Source: Geosiphon pyriformis uo1 (Eukaryota; Fungi; Glomeromycota). From it: DNA of 64,000 nt. The translations under genes were made by a program, and so were the position numbers. How positions within the stretch are numbered: position 1 is the first letter of the stretch; each line of letters begins with the position of its first letter. Under the pieces are notes generated by a model. That model was not told the DNA's origin. It ran no database searches and saw only the letters and a program-made list of their open reading frames with translations. The DNA lies in contig JAAOMT010000571.1 of assembly GCA_016748015.1 (NCBI GenBank), forward strand, positions 747,095-811,094, read 5' to 3'. Shown piece after piece: positions 1-12,500 of the stretch.

Positions 1-448
1 TTGGTAGCAAAATGGATAAATATCTGTTGGAAAGTATAACAGCAGCTATACTTCCACCTTTCAACACAATTGGAAAAACACTTTAAGAAATCTTACTCAT
101 AGACAAAAACTTGTCATATGGAAGGCAATTAAAACTCTATGGTCACCTTGGTAAAATTATAGAGAATATGAAACTCATGAAGAAAACAACTTCAGAGATA
201 CAGGCAGAAATTTTGGGCATTATATAGTTAGATGTCCAAAGAGTTTTAACTATTGCTAAAAGAGCCAAAACTCTAATATAAAGATTTAGTCTCTTGGATA
301 CAAAACTCATTTCACCTCAAGTGTTATATACCTTATCCACAAAAGACTTCAACAAACTAGTTAGCTTTGAGTTAGATAAAACCCTTCCAATAGATTACAC
401 CATAAATAGCTTGATTTTGCTGGAGCTCAATCTCTTTGGAGAGGATGA
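1..448 (+). pseudogene. 3' internal region of a Gypsy element: degenerate post-integrase ORF3 and polypurine tract
   Basis: Ends ...ttttgctggagctcaa..ggagaggatga directly before an LTR, the same arrangement as 49461-49495 of the full Gypsy; the interrupted frame ends in DFAGAQ. Confidence 0.6.
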
Positions 449-1137
449 TGTTATAGTTGAAACTTATACTTCTTATTAAAAATTACATGTATTAGCCACT
501 GATGTCACATAAATTAGCCACTCTATTTTTAGTAAGTAATCATTGATCTGATCAATGACCTAACCATTAACCTAATCATTAACTTAGTCATTGATCTGAT
601 CATTGACCACTTTTAACAGTTATATAAGTGATGAATCTCTTAGCTATAGAAAAGCATATAAGAATAAAAAAAATAAAGAAATAAAATAACAACTTCATCT
701 CAATACTTCTTTTATCACTAATTTCTCTTTTTCTACCTTCAAGTATCTGAACATCTTAAAGATAAAAAACTACTTGTTGGCATTTACTTATTCTTTTCCT
801 GAAACATGTAATTGTAACATTTAAAGATTATTAAATAAAACGTGACTGAAGAGCACATCTGATACTTGATATTAAATTCTAAGAGTGCTGACGTAAAGCA
901 TAGAATTATACCAAGTGTAATTATTTGTTGACAGTACAGACTATTCTTTTACCTTCAGATTCCCCAGTTATCTTTGAAAAGTATAGTAACTGAGATATTT
1001 TATGAGACTGATCTCACACATTGAATCCATACTTATTTAATTTGCTCTTTGAAGTTGAATTCCCTTTGATTTCTTTTATCACTCTACAATCTTGTTCTTT
1101 TTTGCTATCTGTTAGCTTGTTACTCCAATCTGTAACA
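449..1137 (+). mobile_element. Gypsy 3' LTR (689 bp) nested in the tandem LTR array
   Basis: Termini TGTTATAG...CTGTAACA; PPT upstream; ~12-bp repeats at 540-610, TATATAA and AATAAA inside; flank resumes in the 1.4-kb LTR sequence. Confidence 0.75.
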
Positions 1138-4100
1138 ATACCAATTGTGATTATGATCAACATAATCAGAAGTAGATTAATTGATTACATTTCTTAATAA
1201 CTACTTTTAATCATTAATCGCAGATCTGGAATGTTAGATTGTTCTAATAAGAGCATATAAGAATTTTGGAGCATAACAAAGTCTGTTGTTATTTAATTAC
1301 ATACATCAATCATTTATTTCCATTGATGTTTCTTAGTTTGCTAAGATTTCTTTATATCCAACTTAGTTAAACTGTTGGATTGTGCCATATTTTTTTGTTG
1401 TAATTAGATTGATTGCTGATTATTTATTTTCAGATTGCCAGCTAATTTGTTGATTAAGTGTGATAATATAGGCTTTTTTCGCATGATTTTGATGTTAATT
1501 TCCATTGTATGTATTGTAATTTTTGTATTGAAAAGTGTAAAAATCTTCTGGTAATATTTTCTCCATCTTTGAAAAATAAGCTCCTGTAAATTGTTAAATT
1601 TTTCTTCTTCTCTAGGGAAGATCAAAGTCCTTTGAGATATCTAAAAGTCATTAAAATGTTTATAGTTGTCTCCATACTAACAACAAGAGGCACCATATGT
1701 TATCAGTGGTTTTTGTTAGTATTAGAAAACATTTTTTAGCTCAACTGATAACACACATTATCATGATTATACTACTAACTATAGCATATTATGGGTGTAT
1801 AAACTATTTCAGTAGATGGGAGAATGAAAGAGGGTACATGATAAAGTCATTAAAAGCAAAAGAAAGTATTGTAATTATTATTTGTTTTTGGGCAAGAACC
1901 AGTCTTAGGTATTTAAAAAAGGAAAAAAAAGTCACATCTCTTTATATGTATCAGAAGTGCAACCAGCAACAAGAAGTAAAACCAACTACTCAAAGAAATA
2001 TGTAACCAAAATTCTTTCAATTAGTTGTCAAAAGGGTGTGATGTTCAAATGCCTGCTTTGAAAATGAAGTTATAGAAATTATAAAAGGAATTATAAAAGT
2101 TAAACATAACTGAAATAGATTTTGCTTAAACTTTTTATTGTTGAGACTACTCTCTAACAATGTGATACTTTATTACTTATTTTTATATTTAACAACTTGT
2201 TTGGTAAAACAAGACTTAATGTAAAATAGTAATAACACATGATTTGAAAGATCAGAAATAATAGAACAACTTGAAATGATGATAACAAGTAAGTAAAAGA
2301 TTATAAACAACATAATTCCAAATAGTAATAAGGAATATAGAAAAACATACTTGAGATTGTGATGACAAGTATTTAGAGCATAGAAAAGGATAGAGAAAGT
2401 ATAAAAAGTAGAGGAAAGGACTATAAAACTATAGCAAAGAGTTGGCTCAGTATTGAACTGATGCTTTTTTGAATTGACAGAGAGGCTGTATATATAGCTA
2501 AATTACATCAGATCTATATACTATATTAAAACTATTTAAAATACATCAATTATTTATATATATTTAATTAATCAATTCATGATGAGCTTACTCAACTTGT
2601 TATTTATCCAAGAGCTAGTGATTTTTAGATAATCAGATTTAGATGGCTGGATCTAGAACATTGATTGTAAATCAATGATATCAATTGTGATTATGATTAA
2701 CATAATCAGAAGTAGATCAATTGATTACATTTCTTGATAACTACTTTTAACTATTAATCACAGATCTGGAATGTTAGATTATTCTAATAAGGACATATGA
2801 GAATTTTGGAGCATAACAAAGCCTGTTGTTATTTGATTACATGCATCAATCATTCATTTCCATTGATGTTTCTTAGTTTGCCAAGATTTTTTTGTATCCA
2901 ATTTAGTTAAACTGTTGGATTGTGCTATATTTTTTTGTTGTAATTGAATTGATTACTGATCATTTATTTTCAGATTGCCAGCTGATTTGTTAATTAAGTG
3001 CAATAATATAGGCCTTTTTCGCATGATTTTGATGTTAATTTCTATTGTATGTATTGTAATTTTTGCATTAAAAAGTGTAAAAATCTTCTAGTAACATTTT
3101 TTCCATCTTTAAAAAATGAGCTTCTGCAAATTGTTAAATTTTTCTTCCTTTCTAGAGAAGATCAAAGTTCTCTGAGATATCTAAAAGTCATTAAAATGTT
3201 CATAATTGTCTCCATATTAACAACAAGAGACACCATATGTTACTAGTAGTTTTTGTTGATATTAGAGAACATTTCTTAGCTCAACTGGTAACACATATTA
3301 CCATGATTATGCTATTGACTATAGCATATTATGAGTGTATGGACTATTTCAATAGGTGGGAGAGTGAAAGAGGGTACATGATAAAGTCATTAAAAATGAA
3401 AGAAAGTATTGTCATTATTATTTGTTTTTGGGCAAGAACCAGTCTTAGGTATTTAAAAAAAGAAAAAAAAGTCACATCTTTTTATATGTATCAGAAGTGC
3501 AACCAGCAACAAGAAGTAAAACCAACTACTCAAAGAAATATGTAACCAAAATTCTTTCAATTAGTCGTTGAAAGGGTGTGGTATTTAAATCTCTGCTTTG
3601 AAAATGAAGTTATAGGAATTATAAAAGGAATTATAAAAGTTAAACATAACTGAAATAGATTTTGCTTAAACTTTTTATTGTTGAGACCACTCTCTAACAA
3701 TGTGATACTTTATTACTTATTTTTATATTTAACAACTTGTTTGGTAAAACAAGACTTAATGTGAAATAGTAATAACACATGATTTGAAAGATTGAAAGTA
3801 ATAGAACAACTTGAAATGATGATAACAAGTAAGTAAAAGATTATAAACAATGTAATTCTAAATGGTGATAAGGAATATGGGAAAACATACTTGAGATTGT
3901 AATAACAAGTATTTAGAGCATAGAAAAGGGGAGAAAAAGTGTAAGAAATAGAGAAAAAGACTAATTGCTCACTATAAAATTATAGCAAAAAGTTGGCTTA
4001 GTATTGAACTGATGCTTTCCTGAACTGACAGAAGGGCTGTATATATAGCTAAATTACATCAGATCTACATACTATATTAGAACTATTTAAAATACATCAA

Positions 4101-4647
4101 TTATTTATATATATTTAATTAATCAATTTATAATGAGCTTACTCAGCTTGTTATTTATCCAAGAGCTAGTGATTTTTAGATGATCAGATTTAGATGGCTG
4201 GATCTAGAACATTGATTATAAATCAATGATACCAATTGTGATTATGATCAACATAATCAAAAGTAGATCAATTGATTACATTTCTTGATAATTACTTTTA
4301 ACCATTAATCACAGATCTAGAATGTTAAATTGTTCTAATAAGAGCATATGAGGATTTTGGAGCATAACAAAGTCTGTTGTTATCTGATTACATGCATCAA
4401 TCATTTATTTCCATTGGTGTTTCTTAGTTTGCCAAGATTTTTTTGTATCCAACTTAGTTAAATTGTTAGATTGTACCATATTTTTTTTTTGTAATTAGAT
4501 TAATTGCTGATCATTTATTTTCAGATTGCCGGCTGATTTGTTGATTAAGTGCAATGATATAGGCTTTTTTTGCATGATTTTGACATTAATTTCTATTGTA
4601 TGTATTGTAATTTTTGCATTGAAAAGTGTGAAAATCTTCTGGTAACA
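1138..4647 (-). mobile_element. Tandem non-autonomous LTR array: LTRs 3238-4647, 1698-3096 and truncated 1138-1556, separated by 141-bp internal regions
   Basis: ~1.54-kb direct repeat; termini TGTTAC(T)AG/CTGGTAACA; minus-strand PBS TGGTGCCTCTTG after the LTR and PPT AAAGATGGAGAAAA before the next LTR. Confidence 0.8.
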
Positions 4648-5449
4648 ATGTCTTAGAGAAGAATCGGGAACTTTGGATGATTTTACAGGATATGAGAAAA
4701 ACATACAATTCGGTTGGCTGAGAGCATCTCGAAAAGAGTTTAGTTAAGATTAAGATGTGCAGCAAATTCATTTGTTTTTTCAGTGATATTTACAAAGATC
4801 ATACCAATTACATTATGACAGATTTTGGTTTAATAGATGGTTATTGGATACATAATGGTTTGGACCAGTGTAAGGTATTTTCTCTTCTTCTGTGGCACAT
4901 ATTTTATAATCCACTGTTATGTGAAATCAAGCATCAGGAAAATATGTGTGGATATACAGTAAACTTTCTCTATAGTCCCTTTGGTTATAGTCACTATTTT
5001 TTTATAATCACATTTTTTTAAAAACCAAAACCATTTATATATAATATTATCTCCTTATAGTCACTTTTACTATATATATCTCCTTATAGTCTCTATCCTC
5101 ACAAATAAGATAGCAGAATATAAGTAATTTCTACTCTCTATTGTCACACTATAATTATATGATATTAGATATAAACATTAGATATTATCTCATATTTAAT
5201 CAGACATGTAAGATACCTCAGATTATAAAAGGTGCTCCAAATATTATTTTAAAATGTCAACCCTATTTTGCATTTAAGTATTACAATAATAAGACTTATA
5301 TTAATCTATCATTGTTTGCTTTATTCATTAATTTATTATTTTATTGGTATAATTTAAAAGTTATAATAAGCAAATTGGTGTAAAATAGCATGCTCTGTTT
5401 TGTTTTGGTGGCAAATATTGAATAATTGTCCAAGTTACTAAGTAAATTT

Positions 5450-5842
5450 ATTTAGCATTGCTGTGATAATTGTTATAACTATCCAAAGGTAAGTGAAGTA
5501 AATTATTATTGTTACATTGATTGTCAAGGCTATCTAAAGATAAGTGAATCTGATTATCATTGTTACATTGATTATCATAACCATTTAGAGGTAAGCAAAT
5601 TTGATTAATATATTCATGTCGATTGTCATAGCTGTTTAAAAGTAAATGAATTACTATTGTTGTGTTAATTACTAAGACCATTCAAAAGTAAGTAAATCTG
5701 ATTATTATTGTTGTGTTGATTGTTGAAGTCATTAGGAGATAAATGACTAAATTATCATTGTCACATCAATTGTTAAGGCTATTGAGAGGTAAGTAAACTG
5801 AATTATTATTGCCATGCTAATTGTTGTGACTGTTTGGAGGTA
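5450..5842. repeat. Degenerate ~51-bp tandem repeat, about 8 copies
   Basis: Anchor (A/G)GTAAG recurs near 5488, 5539, 5590, 5641, 5687, 5738, 5788 and 5839. Confidence 0.7.
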
Positions 5843-5901
5843 TTTTTTAAAAATGTAAAAATCTTAAATTAAATTTTTACCATCTATTTTGTTTAAATAC
5901 T

Positions 5902-6867
5902 GGAAACTTTGCAGCAATGAATAAATAAGGAAATTGCTACTTTCATGACAAAGGTGTTAATCAAGACACAGGTCAAGCTGTCAAATTATATCAAAAGACA
6001 AGTAATATAGAAAATTCTGCTACAATGAACAATTTAGGTTATTGCTATCAGCATGATGAATGTATCAATTAGAACAAAAGTCAAAGGATCAAATTATATC
6101 AAAAGGCTGTTAATGCAGGAAATTCTGAAGCAATAACTCAATTAGGTTGTTGCTATCAATATGGTAAAGGTGTCAATTAGGACATAAATCAAGCTGTTAA
6201 ATTGTATCAAAAGGCAAGTAATGCAGAGAATTCTAAAGCAATGATTCGATTAGGACATTGCTACTTTAATGGCAAATACGTCAATCAAAACATGAATCAA
6301 GCTGTCAAATTATATTAAAAGGTGGCTAATGCAAAAGATTCTGGGACAATAAATTAGATAGGTTATTGCTACTTTAATGGCAAATGTGTCAATCAGAACA
6401 CAAATAAAGTGGTCAAGTTTTTTCAAATTGTAGTTCTAAATAATAGTCAAATGTCAACCCATTTATTAGATATTGAACAAAAACTTCTACAAGAAGTACA
6501 AGTTCTTATTAAGCATGTTAATATTAACAAGCTATTGGCAATAGACTTCATTAATATTGACAAGTTTGAACCATTATTTACTTATATCTCAGAGGATGAA
6601 ATTGTGGATCTTATTAACAACAAGTATAATGAAAATTCTAATGCAAATAAAGATTTAGAAAGTGAAGATGAAAATGAACCTTTGCCTTTGCTATCTATAC
6701 ATCAAGATAAAACTGCACTTGAAAATACATTGTGCTATTGTAAAGAGCAGTATAGTAAAAAAGTTGATTCAGACTTTTTTAAAACTTTGAGAACATTAAT
6801 TCGTAATACTGTTCTCAAAGTTCAAGAAGAAAAAAAACAGTTGCAAATAGATAGCTTTTTTAAATAA
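5902..6867 (+). pseudogene. About five Sel1-like repeats fused in frame to a pogo transposase-like C-terminus ending in a PIP box
   Basis: 108-bp period, consensus AM..LG.CY..GKGVNQD..QAVKLYQKA...GN; same frame as ORF 6409-6867, which ends KQLQIDSFFK; several in-frame stops. Confidence 0.8.
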
Positions 6868-9610
6868 AATATATATAATTGATTATTATATTATACATGT
6901 AATATATAGATTATGTGATAAGATATTAATCATTTTTTATAGTCTCATTTCTCTATAGTCACCACAAATGTGCTGACCAAAAGGTGTGATTATAAAAAAA
7001 GTTCACTGTAGATTGAATTCTTATTTTGTTTCCAAAAATGGGCATGCTGAATCTCGGGCTGAACTTTCTTCTTTCTTTGCTGCTAGCACTTTTGTTGATG
7101 ATACTATTTGGGTTGGTAGCAGTCAGAGTGCCACTTAACATATTTTTGATGTTGCTGATGAATTTTTTCGGATAAATGATATTTTTATTAATAATGACAA
7201 GACAGTGGTCATTCTCATCAATAGCAGAGTCAGCAATTCTTTTCTGTCTATCAATAGTTTACTAATCTTTATCACCAAAAAGAGTGAACTTCATTGGTAT
7301 TTAAGTATTTTTTTTTTAACTGAGGGTCTCTCGAAGCCTAGTTTGGTTAAAGTGAATTTGGACATTTGGTTTTTTACCAATCTGGTTTTGCGAAAGGCTG
7401 TCTCAGATAAACAGCTCTTGTATTTGGTATTGGCAGTTCTCCATTCTATAGTTAGCTATAGAACACAGTTTAGCTTTGTTTCTGTTGAAGTGTGTAACAG
7501 ATGGGATGCTTTTATTTGTAGAAGCTTAAAGCTTAAATCTGGTCTACCACTCAATTTTTCCAGTGATACGATTCACCATCTTTTCTTTTATGGTTTGAAA
7601 TCTTTTTTTCAGGTTTAGTCTGAGAGCAAAGTTGTCTCTCTTATTAGTTTTGCAAACTCTGGTGGTGTAGTAGGACATTTGTTTTCTTACAGATCTTATG
7701 ACCTGCAAGTTTTGTGTTGGTGCCCTGTTTATTCATTGAGTTTTTCTGTTCGTATTTGTGTTAGTATTTCTAATAATTTTTTGGCAGACATGATTTGTGT
7801 TCTTTTTGACTGCAACCTGTCTCTGGGTGGATCTTTGGCCATTTCCTTTCGATTTTACAATGGAGTTCCAATGTCTACTGTTCTGGGTGAGTCAAAGTTT
7901 CTCAGATTTCTTTTTTTTCTTAAGCAGCACAGTGTTGTCTTTGTTGACCAATTTCATGATCATCATAGTGCTGTATTTAATTGGTATACATTCAAACATT
8001 AGAAGAGGTTGGATCCTCATGGCCCTGTTCCTAAGTGGTTCAAGCTTTCTGTTGTATTTCTTGATGATATGAGTCTCTTTTCTGCTATCTCTTCAGTTTT
8101 GCATGGTGTTGGTCTTTTGAACATTCTTGAATCTAGCAATTTTGTGTCTGTTTGTGATCATCTTTTGCAGGCTGGTACTGGCAGCTTGTCAGTATACACA
8201 GATGGGTCCCTTAGTAATTTGGGCACAGCCAGCTGTAGAGCTGGTGCTGTCACATATTTTGAGAACATTGGTTTGGGTCTGGGTGTTAGTGTGTTGGATT
8301 TGATGTCATCTACTTTGGCGAAGTTGCAGGCTATTGCACTAGCTTTTGAATGTGTTCTTTCATCAAGCTTTGTTCAATTGTTTTCAGATAGTCAATCTGC
8401 TTTAAATGCTTGTAAGTCAGAATTGAGTCTGGTGAGTTCTGACTTTCATAATCAGTGTTGGGTTGAACATCATCATATAGTCAATGTTATTTGCAGTAAG
8501 AATTTGAAAATTAGCTGGCACAAAGTAAAGAGTCATTTTGGCATTTCAGAGAATAAGTGCACTGATGCAATTACCAGTACAGCTTCTTTCTCTGATTGGT
8601 GTCTTCCTCCTCATCTGGATAAACACTTTTTGACCACTGATAGTAATATTGTTTTTGGCAATTCCAGACATTTTGTTCGTGATGTTTATCATTCAGTTTG
8701 CCATACACATTGGGAGGTTGGTTCTGGTTCTAAGTTTTTGGCTGGCAGTTTGTTATCAGAGGTTAATTGGTTTCACTTATCATTGGTGTAACATCCTGAC
8801 TTGAACATGGCTACCAGTTTTATCAGCAAACCCTTGGCTGATGCACACACATATTTCATAAAAGCTTTGCATTACTGGCTGCTGATTGCTGTTCAGAAGT
8901 GTCTTTATAATAAATTGTACTCTAGTGTGTTGTGCTTATATTGTGGTGAGATGGAGGTGTTAAATCATGTGTTCTCTTGTAAGATTAATGAATCTGCTCA
9001 GCGTTATTTGTTGAAGTCTCATGTGAATTCCTAGAAGGTGGTTTCTGGTCTTTCTCATTCCTCTTTGGATGTATTACAGCTGTTGTCATCCTATGTTTCT
9101 GATTTTTCTGTGTTCACAGCTTTTCATAAAGATTTTGTTTTTGATGATTGGTTTTGCGAGGCTGTTTCCATCTTCTACAATCTCAAGGTTGCCAGTTCAG
9201 AGATTGTCAAATTTGTGCATTTTCTTGGTCTTGCTTTCAGAACTGGTATCTGGTCAGTTCGTGCTAAGCATTGTGCTTATATGGAGAAGAACAAATTGAT
9301 TCCACTTGATAGTTTGGCTGTCATCTCGGTTCTTGGTTTGGCTTTAAGGTTTCTGTTAGTGTAATTAAATTACTTGGTATAACTGATGCTGTTGGTGTTT
9401 GTTTTGGCTTTTACAAATTTTGTTTGTTTTTTTCTGGTATAGGTAACCTAGTTTCTGTTCATATAGCTATGTAGTGTTGTTTTGATTGGTCCGAGTGGCT
9501 AGTCACATGTGAAAAATGCATGATTCATGTCTAGTTTAAATTTTTTTTTTGATGTATAGCACTAGGTAATGTTTGAATCTCACTTGTTAAGCAAATAAAA
9601 AAAAAATAAA

Positions 9611-12500
9611 CAAAAATTTAAAATTTAAGACAAAATTACAGTTATAAAAAAATGTTTTTTCAATATATTAAAAATTATAATATTATAAAAATCAAACAAA
9701 ATTTGTTTAAAAATTTAATTTATTATTTAAATATAAAAACAAAAATTATTAATATTAATATTTACTTAATTTATTTTTAAAAACTTAATTACAATAATAT
9801 TAAGTTTTGTAAAAAACAATATTTAGTTTATTTTTAATTTTTTTTTAACTTAAAATTTGAATCAAAAATTAACAACAAAAAAAAACGTTTAAATTTAACC
9901 AAATAATTTACAACATATTAAAAATTATTGCTTAATATTTACAAATATTTAAACATAAAACCAATATTAAATTATTATTTTTAATCACACTTTTTCAGTT
10001 TTATTTGCTTAAACTTAAATATTTAATTTACTATTAACTTGTTTTTTAAGACCAAAAAACTTTTTATTATTTAAAAATTCAATTTACTATTAACTTGTTT
10101 TTTAAGACCAAAAAACTTTTTATTATTTTTTAAAACTATTTTTAAAATATTAAGTAAAAATTAGCTAAATTTATTATAATTTATCTTAAAAAATTTAACA
10201 AATTTTTATAAAAAATCAGTTAATTGAAAACAAATAAATACTATTTTAATATCCAAATTTTAGATTAATTATTGCTGAATTAAAAAATAAACTTATTAAG
10301 AAAATCTAATTATATACTTTATAAAATTTGGTTTTTGTTATTTAATATGTTAAAACTTATAAAACAACTATAAAAAAAGCCAATTAAACCAAATTAATAA
10401 ATCTGATTATAAAAAAAACTAGTTTAATAATTAAAAAAAAATCAACCAATTTACCAAAAAAATCAAAAACTATTTTACTAATTAACAATAAAAATATTAA
10501 TTACTCTAATAATAAAATTAAGATAATTTTTTATTATTAATATTTAATAATTAATTTTAAAACTTAAATTGTCATTATTATAAAATTTTAAAATACTAGA
10601 AATACAATTGTCAAAAAAGACAAAAAACCAAAAACAAAATAATCAATATTATTTTTTTTAACCATAACAATTTTATTATTTATTATTTTTTAAGATCTTA
10701 ATTATTATTAATCTGTTTTACTATTAATTTAATAACAACAATATTATTAACTATTTTTAATATAAAATTATCAATTTTTAACAAAAAAATTAATTTAATT
10801 TAACCAATTCTTACCACAAAATTATTTTTAATTAACAAATAACAAAAATAGTTAATTGGTTTTATAAAATAATAATTAATAATTAAGATACTTTTATACT
10901 CAACTTAATTATTTTATAATGGTTAAAGACCAAAATTTTAATCAAATATACTTTTTAAAAATAAAACTACAATATCATTACAAATATTTTATATAATACT
11001 ATAATTTTATTAATAAAAATAGCTAAAAATATCAATCTATTTAATATTTATTTTTTTAAATTTAAAGTCAAAAAATTATTATTTCTACTTAATAATATAG
11101 TTGTTTTAGAACAAAAAGCAATTACAACAATATATATTAAAATTAAAATTAAAAAAAAAGTTAATTCAAATTAATTTTAAATAATAAATTAAAAATATTA
11201 TTATTTATTAGTTAATATAAAAGTGTAAATAAATTATTAACAAATTAATTCAAATAATAATTGTTATAGCTAATAATATAAAAAAAACTTTAATAGAAAA
11301 AATCAATAATCTTTTTATTATTATTAATAAAATTATTATTTTAATCAAAGTTTTATTTATAAATATTTCTTAATATTAAGTTTTTATTAAAAATAATTGG
11401 TTTTTTTAAGCCAATATAAACTTAAATTAAAAAACTTAAAAATTGAAAATTTTATATTAAAAACAATTTATCAGAGTATTTGTTATTTATAATACTTTTA
11501 ATAAATAATTAAACAAGATTTTAATATTTAAATTTAAAAAAAGAAAAAAAAAACTTATTATTAAAACTTATATAAAACTTAATTCATAATTTGATTGAGT
11601 TAAAAAAACAAAATAACATATTTAAACTACAATTAACATCTTTTTAATACAAAACTTAAATTAATAGTTAATATGTTTTTTATTTAAATAAAAACCAAAA
11701 AAAAATAACTTATATACAAAAATTATAACAAAAAACTTTTATTTCTAAAAATTTGTATATTTTAAAAAAAAATGCAAGAATTATATCTATTATTATTATA
11801 AAACTAATTATAAAAAATAATTTAGCTGTTTAAAATAAAGTAAAAAATAAAACAATAAATTATGTTTTATTTATAAATAATTATTACTAAAAAAATATAA
11901 TTGAATTAATATTTCAATAAAAAAAAAAGTTTGTAATTAAACTTGTTAATATGTTTTATTTATTTCAGAAAAAATAAAGAAAAAATTTTTATTTAAGTAA
12001 TATATAATAATATTCTTAATAAATTATATTATTACATTTACAATATTAAAATAATTTACAAATTAGCAATAATTTTAATTAATAAAAAAACTCAAAAAAA
12101 TATTTGGCAAATAAAAAAAGCCAAATACATTAAATATACTTTAAAACTTATTAGATTTAATTATAAAAATAAAGTTAAATTTTATTATCTAATATTTAAT
12201 TATGTTTATTTTTTTAAAAAAACTTAAATTTAATAATTAAAACAAATAAATATTTAATTGTATAAAAAATAGATTATGTTTTGTAATGACCAATAATATT
12301 TAAAACATTATGCTCTTAACATATTATTACTTATTACAAAAAATAAATATAAATTCGAATTTAAAAAAAAACCAAATAAAGTTGTATTAATTATCTTGAT
12401 TTACTTTATTAAAAATCAATCTATATTACAATTTAAATATTTTAACAACAATAAACAGAGAATTAAATCTAAAAAAATCTAATAGTTTGTAAGTTAGTAT
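9611..12500 (+). pseudogene. Hyper-eroded ghost of a Gypsy gag/protease region
   Basis: 11171-11191 matches the protease motif at 43592-43612 at 21/21 in R/Y space; 11100-11500 is collinear with 43530-43920. Confidence 0.7.

Larger units (their letters stand above)
4957..7008 (+). mobile_element. Non-autonomous pogo/Tigger-like (Tc1-mariner superfamily) DNA transposon with cargo
   Basis: TA duplication at 4955-56 and 7009-10; TIRs CAGTAAACTTTCTCTATAGTC and CAGTGAACTTTTTTTATAATC differ only by transitions; subterminal TATAGTC(A/T)C repeats at both ends. Confidence 0.85.
4648..9610 (+). mobile_element. LINE copy A, 3' half of ORF2 (RT, RNase H, C-terminal Zn finger, 3'UTR, poly(A)); degenerate and split by the TIR element
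   Basis: QDMRK.Y.SV, GLDQ, FVDD, YTDGS, KVKSH and CLYC motifs; stop at 9472-9474; A-rich tail; frame CGY|RLN rejoins across 4957-7010. Confidence 0.9.

Noticed and set aside
1697-3545. Duplicated 102-aa ORFs and ORFs 1404-1625 and 4495-4704
   Set aside because: They lie within LTR copies, have no domain motifs, and are duplicated only because the LTR is
5450-6420. CRISPR-like array
   Set aside because: The units are degenerate tandem or coding repeats without unique spacers, and the context is eukaryotic
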